DNA of 64,000 bases from Candidatus Caenarcanales bacterium (GTDB lineage: Bacteria; Cyanobacteriota; Vampirovibrionia; LMEP-6097): positions 3,714 to 67,713 of the forward strand of contig CANHDW010000001.1 in the NCBI GenBank assembly GCA_947459525.1. The letters run 5' to 3'. Each line of letters begins with the position of its first letter. Position 1 is the stretch's first letter. Under the pieces are notes generated by a model, which saw nothing but the letters and a program-made list of their open reading frames with translations, ran no database searches and was not told the DNA's origin. Below are positions 38,679-49,302 of the stretch, piece after piece. Made by a program: the position numbers and the translations under genes.

Positions 38679-39776
38679 ATGGACTTTCTTTTCGTTCTGC
38701 TTAGCATACTGGTTATAACGCTACTTATAGTAGTACATGAATTCGGACACTTTCTTGCAGCTAAATTTTATGGCTTCCAGACACCAATATTTGGCATCGG
38801 TATGCCCTTTGGACCATATATAGAAATATGTAAAAAATGGGGCACGAGGTTTCGTTTTTATTTTCTGCTTATCGGTGGCTTTGTAGCGATACCTGAAACT
38901 CACGATGAAACCAGTGAAGAAACTCTTAAAGAGATCGACGATTTAAAACCTTTTCGTAAATTCCCAGTATTACCAAGAGCAGTAGTTGCCGTGGCTGGAG
39001 TAGCTTTTAATATCATATTTGCCTTTTTACTTGCTGTAATCATGGCTATCAGCATTGGTTTACCTAAAATAGTACCTAGTACCGTGATAAAAGGTTTCAC
39101 TAGTGATACTTCCGCAGCTAAAATAGCTGGATTAGAAACTGGAGATAAAATCTTATCTATAAATGGAATCGCTATAAATACTGGCACTCAGATGCAAAGT
39201 AAAATTGCAGAATTTAAAGATCAAGATATACAAATCAAAGTAGCTAATAAAGATAAAATTTACTCGGTTCACTCAGAAGGCGTTATTGGTGTACAACTCG
39301 GTTACGAAAAAGAATATATAAAATCTGAAAATATTTTTAGCGCTATTTTCTCGGGATTAAAATTCACGGTTAACGCCACCCTGATGATGATCTTTTCAGT
39401 TTTTGCCATTTTAGCTTCTCTTTTAGCTAAAGCCTTAAATGTATTTGGTCTTCACTTAGATTTCGCTACAGCAAGCTTAGGTGATGTAAAAGGAATAGTA
39501 GGTATAGTCCAATTAATCACTCAAGATATAAAACATAATCTTTGGATGATACTAGAATTTGCTTTCCTCTTAAGCTTAAATCTTGCAGTTATAAACCTAT
39601 TACCGATACCAGCTTTAGATGGTGGTCACCTTTTATTTTTAGGCTATGAAGCCATTTTTAAGAAAAAACCTTCGACTAAACTTCAAGACGGCTTAGTACA
39701 AGCAGGTTTTATATTCCTTCTCAGTTTAATGGTGATAACCACGATTAATGATATTAGATCGTTCTTCGTTAAATAA
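38679..39776 (+). CDS. rseP: RIP metalloprotease RseP (M50 family, PDZ domain)
   Basis: HEFGH, GGFV, PDZ-like GLETGDKILSING, NLLPIPALDGG; start ATG 38679 (or GTG 38661). Confidence 0.92.
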   Translation: MDFLFVLLSILVITLLIVVHEFGHFLAAKFYGFQTPIFGIGMPFGPYIEICKKWGTRFRFYFLLIGGFVAIPETHDETSEETLKEIDDLKPFRKFPVLPRAVVAVAGVAFNIIFAFLLAVIMAISIGLPKIVPSTVIKGFTSDTSAAKIAGLETGDKILSINGIAINTGTQMQSKIAEFKDQDIQIKVANKDKIYSVHSEGVIGVQLGYEKEYIKSENIFSAIFSGLKFTVNATLMMIFSVFAILASLLAKALNVFGLHLDFATASLGDVKGIVGIVQLITQDIKHNLWMILEFAFLLSLNLAVINLLPIPALDGGHLLFLGYEAIFKKKPSTKLQDGLVQAGFIFLLSLMVITTINDIRSFFVK

Positions 39777-40632
39777 CGAAATCTTTCATAATGGTTCTTA
39801 GTTTCTGTAAAGATTTTTGATGAAGCTGGCTTGCTCTAGACTCAGAAATATCTAAAATAGTACCTATTTCTTTAAAAGTTAGTTTTTCATAATGGTACAG
39901 CGAAATTATTAACCTTTCTCTTTCCTTTAGGCTATCTATTGCAGCTGCAAGCTTATCTCTAACCAAGTTAGACTCTGCATAATCCTCAGTAGCCTCAGTT
40001 TTAGAAGGCATTTTATCTACTAAAGCCACGGATGACTCCTCTGATGAATTACCATTTTCTTGAGCATCTAGCGAGAATATTACCGCACTAGATTCTTGCT
40101 GCAGCACTCTTAAATCTTCATTTTCTATAGTTAAATGTTTTTTTATCTCTTCATCAGTCGGAGTATAGCCTAGACGCGACTCTAGCTCTGCTAATCTTTG
40201 ATTAAATCTTTTTACTCTTTCTCTACTATTTCTTGAAAGAAAATCTCTCGATCTTAAAAAATCAAGAATCGCTCCACGGATTCTATTAGTCGCAAAAGTC
40301 TCAAATGAACAATCTTTAGCATTATCAAAGCGATCTATAGCTTCAATAAGACCGATAGTCCCATAACCCATTAAATCTTCTTTATCGAAATCAGCTGTCT
40401 CTAATTGAGGAAACCTACCGACTACCCAATTTACCAGATGAGCATACCTAATAATTAACTGTTCTCTAAGTTCAGTTTTTTTATTAACTTGGTTATATCG
40501 TGCCCATAGCCTTGTATTCTCAGCTTTTCTTTCAACGCTTTTAAGATTTAATTGCAAAGGATGAGATATAAGTAGTTCTTTTTTTGACTCCGTAGACCCC
40601 TTTGAATCAGATTGCGATGAGCTAGTTACCAT
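39769..40632 (-). CDS. fliA: RNA polymerase sigma-28 factor (FliA/WhiG family)
   Basis: GLIEAIDRFD, FETFATNRIRGAILDFLR, LTFKEIGTILDISESRASQLH. Confidence 0.9.
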   Translation of the reverse strand: MVTSSSQSDSKGSTESKKELLISHPLQLNLKSVERKAENTRLWARYNQVNKKTELREQLIIRYAHLVNWVVGRFPQLETADFDKEDLMGYGTIGLIEAIDRFDNAKDCSFETFATNRIRGAILDFLRSRDFLSRNSRERVKRFNQRLAELESRLGYTPTDEEIKKHLTIENEDLRVLQQESSAVIFSLDAQENGNSSEESSVALVDKMPSKTEATEDYAESNLVRDKLAAAIDSLKERERLIISLYHYEKLTFKEIGTILDISESRASQLHQKSLQKLRTIMKDFVI

Positions 40633-40646
40633 AAATTATTGCCGCC

Positions 40647-41009
40647 TTATTTTTTCAAAATTGATTGATCAAATACTTGAAGTTTTTTGTATCTCATCGA
40701 AAGCTCTTCCTCTCTGCGTTGTAACCTTAATTCTCTCTTTTTAGCAAAGCTCTTGACGTGTGCCCTCTGCACACTCTCAACAAGCAACCGTAAGATAAAA
40801 AAGGATATAAACGCAATAATGCTAGCAACAGTAAGCGTATCTGCTATTAATGTTATAACATCAAGGTCTGCTTCCGATGAAAAAAGTCTCAAAATTAAAA
40901 GAATCGAAGTGCATAGAATGAAAATAACGCTAGATAACACCGGAACCATCCTGCTGTATTTATCAAGCTGGACCTTTAATGATGACTTTATCGCTTCTCT
41001 ACTTTCCAC
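40647..41009 (-). CDS. Small two-TM hypothetical membrane protein
   Basis: Two hydrophobic segments and a basic tail; AGGAG RBS; upstream of fliA on the same strand. Confidence 0.65.
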   Translation of the reverse strand: MESREAIKSSLKVQLDKYSRMVPVLSSVIFILCTSILLILRLFSSEADLDVITLIADTLTVASIIAFISFFILRLLVESVQRAHVKSFAKKRELRLQRREEELSMRYKKLQVFDQSILKK

Positions 41010-41260
41010 TATCTCCTATCTTCTCTGTTTTTCGTATAACAGATATTCAAGACTTAATAATTCATATGCCAATATTCCATGGTTTAGATCCTTCATCTAA
41101 GAACATGAACCTGAATATGAAAATCAAGAAATGGGGCCATACTATTAAAGATAATTCGTATTTTTTATTAATGGGTGGTTAAGATTTTGGAAAATACTAG
41201 AAATTTTACTAAATTATGAACAAATTTAGTAAAATAAAAGTAATTACACATTCATTATTT

Positions 41261-42361
41261 TTAGGTGTTTTGTGCATTATATTTATTAACAGCTCTGAGT
41301 ATTGCATGTGAGTTTAGGTACACTAACTTTAGAGGGTCCATAGTTGCAGAAGCTAGGCGATCTTCAAGCCTAGTTGAACCTTTTTTGAAAAAGATTTGAG
41401 AAACAGGATCGTTACCTCTAGTTGCTAGAGATGGAGCCGCACCAGTATTGAGTCCAACAACATCATCTAGGTACGGTAAAACAGCTGCGGCTACCATAAT
41501 GGCCGGACTGGCAAGAGCTCTCACTGAGTCTAGTGGAATAGAATTAGTGAGAAGATCAATCATTTCCAATGTTGCAATGCTTGATATAAGTCCTGCTCTT
41601 GCCTGTATTCCAAGGCTACCAATAGGTTTGCCATTATCATGAAATATTGCACTCGGTGATGCTGGACCTAATTTTAATCTTAATAAATCATCTCCTCCAT
41701 TTATGTATATCGCTAAATTATCTCTTTGCATATCAGTGATTTCATTTTCAATGCATTTTTTTAACTTAGGGTTAGTTTCGAGTAAATTGTGTCCATCTTT
41801 AGTGAGGCTTGTATTCAAATGAATACCATTTGATAAGCATCTATCTTCTTTAATCACAGCTGAGAAATCTAAACTATATTCTTGTCCCAAAGTATCTTGT
41901 GTGATTTTGATTAATCTCTTCTGTAAATCAGTTAAATCCTCTAAAAAATCATTTGTTTTATCATCGTTAAAAAAACTAATTTCATATTGATTATCCTTAA
42001 TTAATTCTGAGCTGAAATTCTCAACACCAAACTTTTCGAAACAAGTAAATTCTTTTTCAAATGCCGAAGTCAATTTTTCCAAATTCTCCTTACCGATAAA
42101 TTGCTTTTTATCATCTTTTCGTATACAAAATTCAAGTTCAAAACCTAGTTTGAGATTCAACCCTTTCTCGATAAGTGCTGAATTGATTTCTTTGATTTGA
42201 GTAATTAAATCACGAGGTATCTGTATTTCAGGTTCTTTGGTGCAATTCGGCCTAGTAAACCGAGCTTTTGTTTTTTCTCTTAGTCCAACAGGTTTTAACT
42301 CCAGTGCTTTACTAACACTAAATATGCTTTCTCTAAACACATTCATAGTCTTCATCACCAT
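41261..42361 (-). CDS. Divergent glutamine-synthetase catalytic-domain protein
   Basis: GFELEF, QYEISF, NGIHLNTSL and RLEDRL.....DP match GS metal/ATP motifs; no beta-grasp N-domain seen. Confidence 0.65.
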   Translation of the reverse strand: MVMKTMNVFRESIFSVSKALELKPVGLREKTKARFTRPNCTKEPEIQIPRDLITQIKEINSALIEKGLNLKLGFELEFCIRKDDKKQFIGKENLEKLTSAFEKEFTCFEKFGVENFSSELIKDNQYEISFFNDDKTNDFLEDLTDLQKRLIKITQDTLGQEYSLDFSAVIKEDRCLSNGIHLNTSLTKDGHNLLETNPKLKKCIENEITDMQRDNLAIYINGGDDLLRLKLGPASPSAIFHDNGKPIGSLGIQARAGLISSIATLEMIDLLTNSIPLDSVRALASPAIMVAAAVLPYLDDVVGLNTGAAPSLATRGNDPVSQIFFKKGSTRLEDRLASATMDPLKLVYLNSHAILRAVNKYNAQNT

Positions 42362-42431
42362 ATTTGTTAATACAATATAATTTATGATGAGAAATTGACA
42401 TTGTATATTTGGTGAAACTGCACACCAAGCC

Positions 42432-43160
42432 CTAGTGATACATAATCGGAGTCAAAAACCCATTAATAATAACAACTCCAATTAGAACAGTAGTAGAAGC
42501 ACGACTAGTAGCTATACCGACATCTTTAGATGAATCACCAGCTGTTAGCGCACAAGTAACACAGACAATAACAGTATAAATATTAAATATCTCAGCTTTA
42601 ATTAAAGGATAAAAATATTCCTTAAGGCTCGCATACCTCCATGCTGAGTCTAAAAACTCAAAATACTCTAACTTGATAGCGTAATTAGCCATTAACATGC
42701 CAGAGACCATACTAACTAGTGCAGAAATAGCTAAAACGAAGGGGGTAAGTAAAATAATCGCAAGTAGCTTAGGGGTCATCAAGTAATACAGCTGATTTAT
42801 CTTCATGATTTTAAGAGCATCTAACTGATCACTGATTTTCATAGTAGCTATTTCAGCGGTAAATGCAGTCCCACAGCGTGCCGTAATCGCAAAAGCGATA
42901 AATATCGGTGTAATTTCCTGCAAATTACTTAAAGTAATGGCAGCCCCGATGAGTTCTCTGCCACCATATTTAATCAGCTCTGTAGCAGTATTAACAGTAA
43001 TAATTAAGCTACTTACGCAAGTCAAAACAAGAATCATGGGCAAAGATTCATAGGCAATAAAAACTAACTGCCTAACTAATTCTGTTTTTTCTACTTTAAA
43101 GGTAACTATCTGTTTTAAAGATAAATAAAAATTTAAAAAGCATAATCCTAAAAACTGCAA
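42432..43160 (-). CDS. mlaE: MlaE-family ABC permease
   Basis: EITPIFIAFAITARCGTAFTAEIATMKISDQLDALKIM, KDVGIATS. Confidence 0.88.
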   Translation of the reverse strand: MQFLGLCFLNFYLSLKQIVTFKVEKTELVRQLVFIAYESLPMILVLTCVSSLIITVNTATELIKYGGRELIGAAITLSNLQEITPIFIAFAITARCGTAFTAEIATMKISDQLDALKIMKINQLYYLMTPKLLAIILLTPFVLAISALVSMVSGMLMANYAIKLEYFEFLDSAWRYASLKEYFYPLIKAEIFNIYTVIVCVTCALTAGDSSKDVGIATSRASTTVLIGVVIINGFLTPIMYH

Positions 43161-46160
43161 TTATTGAACACCTTCTAGCACTGTGCTTTTAATCATAGCT
43201 AGAGCTTCTGGAATTTTAGCTATATTTTTAGCACCAGCCTGAGCGAAATCAGGACGGCCGCCTCCGCCTCCACCACAAATATTAGCCGCAGATTTAATTA
43301 GATTATTAACTTTAAATTTCTCAATCTCTGCAAGAGATTTAGAACAAGCTCCTAAAATAGTTACCTTTTCATCAAAAGCCCCAATAAAGAAAAGCCATGC
43401 TAAAAGCCCTTTTGCTTCCATACTTTCCTTTAGATTAGTAGCAAAATCTTTTAAGACATCAGCCTCTAGCATAAAATCAACGATTTGATTAAGATCAGCA
43501 ATAATAAAAGTTCTCCCGTCTTTTTCAATCGCCAGTTTTAAAAACTCATCTGTTTTAGCATTTAGCAGATTTAACTTTTCTGCTTTTTTCTCGTTCTCCA
43601 ACTGCTTTTCAAGCTCTTTACGCTTCTCTAATTCTTCTATCTCAGACTGCTTGAGCTGCTCTTCTTTAATAAATCTTTCAGCACATTCATTTACAAAAAG
43701 CTTTATACGTCTAACTCCACTAGCGACAGAAGACTCACTTGCGATTTTCACTTGAGCTATTTCAGCTGTATTAGAGACATGCGTTCCACCACAAAGCTCC
43801 ACTGAAGCTAGCTCTGACTCACTCGCTATTTTCAAGACTCTTACAGTATCTTCATACTTATCTTCAAAAAATGCCAACGCTCCTAATTTAATCGCCTCAT
43901 CAAAGCTAGTCTCTATAGTGGTTACAGGCAAAGCCGCCTTCACCCAATCATTCATCTGTTTTTCCACTGTATTTAACTGTTCTTTACTAAGGGCTGATTC
44001 ATAATTAAAATCAAAACGTGTATATTCCGCAGAGACCAGAGAACCCGCTTGAGCAACGGTATTCCCTAACACCTTCCTCAAAGCAGCTTGCAGTAAATGA
44101 CAAGAACTATGATGAAACTTAGTCAGCAATCGCTGTTTAGAATTTATCTGTGCTTTAACTGAATCACCAGTTTTTAAAACTGCCTGCGTGTCCTTAGAAA
44201 TAGAATCGCAAGGCAGCTCTATGACTAGTTTATGTAAGATACGACCATCTATAGCTTTTACATCTTTCACACTAAAAAGTAAATTATGTGAGATATTAAT
44301 TTTCAAATTATCATCTAAGAACTGGATCTGAGACTGTTGCACCGCTCCATTTTCAATATCCATCTTTAAACCACTCTGCCCCAGTAGTCCTTTCCCAGTA
44401 AGATTTCTAATAATATATCCAGAATCAGATACTTGACCACCAGACTCAGCATAAAAAGTAGTCTTATTTAGTACTAAAAAAAACTCGTAATCATCTTTAT
44501 GAGACCGCTGCACAACTCCATTTGCGGTCTCTTTATGATTTTCTACAGAAACAAGTTTCTCTGAAACTAAATTAGAATTTTTCTGAGCTAAAATATCCGA
44601 GAAATTAATTTCAGAAATAGGATTTTCATCCTTATCTAAAATCATTAAGACCTCAGCTTCAGTCTCTTCTTGAGCGTAACCTAAAAACTCTGTTTTAGGA
44701 TAAGCCTGCAAAAGCTGTGATAGCGATTTTTCGGAAGTTACTGATACATTAAAAGCAGAAGTCGAAGAAGCTTTAGAATGCTCTTCACGAGCTTTTTCAT
44801 AGCCTTCATAATCGATTTCTAGCGAAAATCCCTGTTTACGATAATCCTCGATAACATCCTCAACAATTTCAAGTGGCAAGCCATATGTAGAATAAAGATT
44901 AAAAAGAATAGCACCGCTCAATGTAGGAATAGAGACTGAATTATTCTCACGAACTATAATATCTAAGTTTTTCAAGCCATTCTCAACCGTCTTAGCAAAA
45001 AGCTCTTCCTCTTTTCTAAGCACACTTGCTATAAGCTCCTTACTTAAAACCAGCTCATCATAAAAAGCTCCATAAATATCTACTGCTTTCTCTGATAACT
45101 TATATAAAAGTGGTTCAGAACTGCAACCCAGCTTATGCAAAAAGCGTGCTGCTCTTCTGATCAGCATTCTAAGCACATAACCTCTACTTACATTACTAGG
45201 TCTGACACCATCTGCTATAAGAAAACAAGCACAGCGCAAGTGATCTACTATGATTTTAAAATATGCCTCATGAGACTGCTGCTGACCTGCTATTTCTGCA
45301 TTTTGATTAACAGCCTCACCAACAACAGCCCTAACAGTAATTTTCAAAACCTCAGCCTTCGTCGCAGACAGCAACTCAGCAAGCTCATCTGTTTCAAAAG
45401 TATTATTAACACCCTGCAAAACCATCGCTATACGCTCTAAACCAGCACCAGTATCTATATTCTTGTGCTCTAGAGGCTTTAAGCTGCCATCATCTAGCTT
45501 TTCAAACTGCATAAATACTAGATTCCATATCTCTATATATCTATCATCCTTATCTAGAATATGCTCCCCAAGATCATAATAGATTTCACTACAAGGACCA
45601 CAAGGACCAGTAGGACCAGGTGGTCCCCAGAAATTATCCTTCGCCGTTAATTTCCAAATATGCTCAGCGATTTCTTTTTCAGGATAAACATTTTTAAAAA
45701 TATCAGCCCAAAGATTATAAGATTCTTCATCAAAAGGTCTAGTATCATCACCTTCAAAAACTGATACATAAAGCTTTTCAGGTGAGAGTCCTAAAACTTC
45801 AGTAACGAATTTCCAAGCCATAGGAATAACTTCTTGCTTAAAGTAATTACCAAAAGAAAAATTCCCCAACATCTCAAAAAAACTATGATGTCTCTGTGTG
45901 TAACCAATATTACTTAAATCGCTGTCTTTGCCACCGACACGAGCACACTTCTGTATACTTACAGCCCTCGGTGGCTCTGGTCTTTTAGTCGCTCCTATAA
46001 AATATGGAATAAAAGGCACCATGCCAGCTGAATTCAGCAGTAGCGTAGGATTATCAGGTACTAAAGAAGCACTTTTATAAAATTTATGCTCTAACCCACA
46101 GTCTTTTTCAAAAAAATTTATCCAAGCTCTGCGAATCTCATTAGTACTAAGCTTCTTCAT
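43161..46160 (-). CDS. alaS: Alanine--tRNA ligase with several insertions
   Basis: LLNSAGMVPF, HHSFFEMLGNFSFG, EIWNLVFMQ, DTGAGLER, TFYAESGGQ, HSSCHLL, ELCGGTHV, GGGGGRPDFAQAG. Confidence 0.98.
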   Translation of the reverse strand: MKKLSTNEIRRAWINFFEKDCGLEHKFYKSASLVPDNPTLLLNSAGMVPFIPYFIGATKRPEPPRAVSIQKCARVGGKDSDLSNIGYTQRHHSFFEMLGNFSFGNYFKQEVIPMAWKFVTEVLGLSPEKLYVSVFEGDDTRPFDEESYNLWADIFKNVYPEKEIAEHIWKLTAKDNFWGPPGPTGPCGPCSEIYYDLGEHILDKDDRYIEIWNLVFMQFEKLDDGSLKPLEHKNIDTGAGLERIAMVLQGVNNTFETDELAELLSATKAEVLKITVRAVVGEAVNQNAEIAGQQQSHEAYFKIIVDHLRCACFLIADGVRPSNVSRGYVLRMLIRRAARFLHKLGCSSEPLLYKLSEKAVDIYGAFYDELVLSKELIASVLRKEEELFAKTVENGLKNLDIIVRENNSVSIPTLSGAILFNLYSTYGLPLEIVEDVIEDYRKQGFSLEIDYEGYEKAREEHSKASSTSAFNVSVTSEKSLSQLLQAYPKTEFLGYAQEETEAEVLMILDKDENPISEINFSDILAQKNSNLVSEKLVSVENHKETANGVVQRSHKDDYEFFLVLNKTTFYAESGGQVSDSGYIIRNLTGKGLLGQSGLKMDIENGAVQQSQIQFLDDNLKINISHNLLFSVKDVKAIDGRILHKLVIELPCDSISKDTQAVLKTGDSVKAQINSKQRLLTKFHHSSCHLLQAALRKVLGNTVAQAGSLVSAEYTRFDFNYESALSKEQLNTVEKQMNDWVKAALPVTTIETSFDEAIKLGALAFFEDKYEDTVRVLKIASESELASVELCGGTHVSNTAEIAQVKIASESSVASGVRRIKLFVNECAERFIKEEQLKQSEIEELEKRKELEKQLENEKKAEKLNLLNAKTDEFLKLAIEKDGRTFIIADLNQIVDFMLEADVLKDFATNLKESMEAKGLLAWLFFIGAFDEKVTILGACSKSLAEIEKFKVNNLIKSAANICGGGGGGRPDFAQAGAKNIAKIPEALAMIKSTVLEGVQ
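44330..44356. repeat. Intragenic palindromic-element remnant in alaS
   Basis: GAGACTGTTGCACCGCTCCATTTTC; encodes ENGAVQQSQ. Confidence 0.6.
44501..44531. repeat. Intragenic palindromic-element remnant in alaS (8-bp hairpin)
   Basis: GAGACCGC-TGCACAACTCCATTT-GCGGTCTC; encodes ETANGVVQRSH. Confidence 0.65.
45272..45331. repeat. Intragenic 60-bp in-frame palindromic element in alaS
   Basis: GAGACTGCTGCTGACCTGCTATTTCTGCATTTTG...CAGCCT...CAACAGCCC; encodes AVVGEAVNQNAEIAGQQQS. Confidence 0.7.
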
Positions 46161-48147
46161 CTTTATCTCTAGTGTCTTCACGCTTTTCCTCGTTCTCTTC
46201 TTTTCTTAATCTCTCACGCTCGTCACGTCTCTGAGCTTCTTCTTCACGTATCATAGTTTCGACACGCTCTGGCATTCTAGAAGTAGCGATTTTTTCCATC
46301 TCACCTAAACTCAAGATTTCATATTCACCTTTCTGTATCTGCTCTATAGTCAAGAAAACTTGTTCTTTATCTAAAGTCTCTCTTCTTAAAAGCTCCTGAG
46401 ATAAGCCGAGTAACAGAATTTTCTTTTCATTTAAAAGAGTTTTCACCTCAGTATACATAGTCTGTATTAAATCCTTAACTTCCTCATCGATTTTTTTAGC
46501 GAACTCATCACTATAGTTCTGCATATAAGAACTCTGAGACAGATAAGGATTAGATTCATTATCACCATAAGTAACTATGCCTAAATTACTATTCATTCCA
46601 TAACGAGTTATCATCGCTCTTGCGATAGCAGTACATCTTTCCATATCATTCGACGCGCCAGTAGTAATATTTTCCTTACCGAAAATTATTTCTTCTGCGA
46701 CTCTGCCACCTAAAAGCACCATCATCTCTGTCTTTAAATGCTTTTCAGAAGCCGATACTTTATATTCCTCTTCAGTAGACCAAGTAAGACCTAATGCCAT
46801 ACCTCTTGGGATAATAGTTACCTTATGAAATTCATTATTAGATTCTTTAAAAATACTAATTATCGTATGGCCTATTTCATGAATCGCTGTATTTAACTGA
46901 TCTTTAGGCTTAATTATTTTACTGCGTTTCTCTGGACCAATAGCAACCTTATCTATAGCTTCTTCTATGTGTTTAACCTGAATCTCTTTAGCCGTATCCC
47001 TTGCAGCTAGTATCGCTGATTCATTTACCAAATTCATTAAGTCTGCACCACTGAAACCCGGTGTTCTTTTCGCTATAACTTTTAGATCTATGTCAGCTGC
47101 CATAGGCTTACCTCTAGCATGAACATCTAAGATTTGCTTTCTGCCAGCTAAATCTGGAGTATCTATAACTACTTTCCTATCGAATCTACCTGGTCTTAAT
47201 AATGCCTTATCTAAAACATCTGGTCTGTTCGTTGCAGCTAAAACTATAATTCCAGAGTTAGCTTGAAAGCCGTCCATCTCTACTAACAACTGATTTAAAG
47301 TCTGCTCACGTTCATCATTTCCACCACCAGACATACCGCTACGCTGCCTGCCGACTGCATCTATTTCATCTATAAAAATAATACAGGGTGCATTTTTCTT
47401 AGCCTGCTCGAAAAGATCTCTAACTCTGCTAGCCCCTACTCCGACGAACATCTCGACGAAATCAGAACCACTGATACTAAAAAAAGGCACGCCAGCCTCA
47501 CCAGCTACCGCCTTTGCAAGTAAAGTTTTTCCACAACCTGGAGGACCTACCAGTAGAACCCCTTTCGGCACCTTAGCCCCCAGAGCCTTGTACTTATCAG
47601 TATTTTTCAGAAAATCGACTATCTCTTCTAATTCTCTTTTACTTTCACTAATACCAGCGACATCATCGAAACTAACATTAATGTCTTTAGTCATCATCTT
47701 AGCCCTGCTCTTTCCGAAAGACATAGGACCGCCGCCCCCAGCGTTTCTGAGCATAAATATAAAGAACGCGAATAAACCTACTGGAATAATAAAGTTAGAA
47801 ATAATATTTATCCAGAAACCTTCGTTAGACTGGGCTTTAACATCTACTTCAATATCATGATTCACTAGCCTATCGGCTAAATCCTGATTAGCACCGAGTA
47901 AGCTTGCTGGAATACGAGCGTAGTAGATCTCTCCGTTTTTATCCTCGATCTTAGCTATATCATCACCATTAGTCAAAATGACTCTATAGATAGGACTAGA
48001 CGAACCATCATTAGGTAAGACTCGTTTAATAAAATCACTGTAGCTCAGGATTCTTCTTTTATTATCCTGTCCCATCAAACTCATGACAAAGAGAGATAGA
48101 AACAGCACTAAAACAACTAGAGGTAAAGTAGAGGGGACTTTCTTCAT
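46147..48147 (-). CDS. ftsH: ATP-dependent zinc metalloprotease FtsH
   Basis: Two TM segments, [39 protein letters not shown]. Confidence 0.97.
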   Translation of the reverse strand: MKKVPSTLPLVVLVLFLSLFVMSLMGQDNKRRILSYSDFIKRVLPNDGSSSPIYRVILTNGDDIAKIEDKNGEIYYARIPASLLGANQDLADRLVNHDIEVDVKAQSNEGFWINIISNFIIPVGLFAFFIFMLRNAGGGGPMSFGKSRAKMMTKDINVSFDDVAGISESKRELEEIVDFLKNTDKYKALGAKVPKGVLLVGPPGCGKTLLAKAVAGEAGVPFFSISGSDFVEMFVGVGASRVRDLFEQAKKNAPCIIFIDEIDAVGRQRSGMSGGGNDEREQTLNQLLVEMDGFQANSGIIVLAATNRPDVLDKALLRPGRFDRKVVIDTPDLAGRKQILDVHARGKPMAADIDLKVIAKRTPGFSGADLMNLVNESAILAARDTAKEIQVKHIEEAIDKVAIGPEKRSKIIKPKDQLNTAIHEIGHTIISIFKESNNEFHKVTIIPRGMALGLTWSTEEEYKVSASEKHLKTEMMVLLGGRVAEEIIFGKENITTGASNDMERCTAIARAMITRYGMNSNLGIVTYGDNESNPYLSQSSYMQNYSDEFAKKIDEEVKDLIQTMYTEVKTLLNEKKILLLGLSQELLRRETLDKEQVFLTIEQIQKGEYEILSLGEMEKIATSRMPERVETMIREEEAQRRDERERLRKEENEEKREDTRDKDEEA

Positions 48148-48246
48148 ATAGTTACAACTATGCTAACTATTCTAAGTCTTTGCAAGCTTTAAAGTAAATG
48201 GACTAATTAAAATCAAAAAAATTTTTAAAAATTTTCAAAAAAAAGC

Positions 48247-48273
48247 TAAAGTTTTCCAGAAAGTAGCCGATAT
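48247..48273 (+). promoter_or_regulatory. Sigma-28 (FliA) promoter
   Basis: TAAAGTTT-N11-GCCGATAT (TAAA-N15-GCCGATA), essentially the consensus. Confidence 0.75.
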
Positions 48274-48418
48274 ATTAATTATATAGTTTAAATTTTCATT
48301 TTTTAATTGGGGTTTCCCCTATTATCCTCTTCGCTTATTGGCCTATATCGTAAGTGCGAGAACTAAAGGACTAAAACAAAGTCACTAAAGAGGAAAAAGG
48401 AAAAGAGGAGCACCATAA

Positions 48419-49123
48419 ATGATTAAACACCAAAGCCTAAGTAGAGAAGCAATTATCGCATTAAGCCCAGTACAGTCAACTGTTCAAGTTACTAAAGAAC
48501 TAAACATGGCTGGCTTTAATAAAATCGAAAGAGTAGATTATCAAGAGGCTTTAATCCAACACTTAAATTTTAACAAGCCGAATATTATCGTTATGTCTAG
48601 CGAATTACCAGGTGAAAGATCTACAGCAGAACTACTAAATATGATAGCTATGAGTTCTCCTAATACTAGAGTAATCTTTGTATCTAGAAACATTGAAGAA
48701 GCTTGCATGTTTGATATCTATTTCGCTAAAAATATTAGTGCGTGGTTATTAAGCGAAAGAGCTGAGCGGACTATGTCACTTGCTATAGAAGCAGCTGAAG
48801 CATGCCAATTATTCATGGACTTCGTTTTAAACCAAGCTATTAAAACTACTCTTAGTACCAATAGATCAGTCCTTACTTCTAATGAAACTAATTACGCTAA
48901 CCTAGAATTATTAACTGAAAGAGAAGCTGAAGTCTTAAAATATTTATGTGAAGGCTTTAACTATAAAGCAGTTGCTAAGACTCTGTTTATTTCTGAATCC
49001 ACTGTAAAAACCCATATCAACAACGTCTTTACTAAACTTCAGGTTAACGACAGAACTCAGGCTGTACTTTACGCTTTAAAGCATGATCTAGAAGGTCTAA
49101 TGAAAGCGACTATCTCCATCTAA
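48419..49123 (+). CDS. NarL/LuxR-family regulator with a degenerate receiver domain
   Basis: LTEREAEVL..LCEG.NYKAVAKTLFISESTVKTHINNVFTKL.V.DRTQAVLYA; receiver-like N-terminus. Confidence 0.9.
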   Translation: MIKHQSLSREAIIALSPVQSTVQVTKELNMAGFNKIERVDYQEALIQHLNFNKPNIIVMSSELPGERSTAELLNMIAMSSPNTRVIFVSRNIEEACMFDIYFAKNISAWLLSERAERTMSLAIEAAEACQLFMDFVLNQAIKTTLSTNRSVLTSNETNYANLELLTEREAEVLKYLCEGFNYKAVAKTLFISESTVKTHINNVFTKLQVNDRTQAVLYALKHDLEGLMKATISI

Positions 49124-49147
49124 ATTTCCTAACACACACGCCCCCGT

Positions 49148-49186
49148 AAAAGCAGTGAACCAGAATAACTTTGGTTCACTGCTTTT
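49148..49186 (+). terminator. Rho-independent terminator (possibly bidirectional)
   Basis: AAAAGCAGTGAACCA-N9-TGGTTCACTGCTTTT, a perfect 15-bp inverted repeat just after the LuxR gene. Confidence 0.85.
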
Positions 49187-49302
49187 GGTTAATTTATACT
49201 TTCTTAAATTCTGATAATTTAAATCACTCTAACTCAGTTGATTTGATACCTGCTTCAGAATTGGTGGTAAGATACTAATTAGCAAAGCTTAATACACTAT
49301 AT

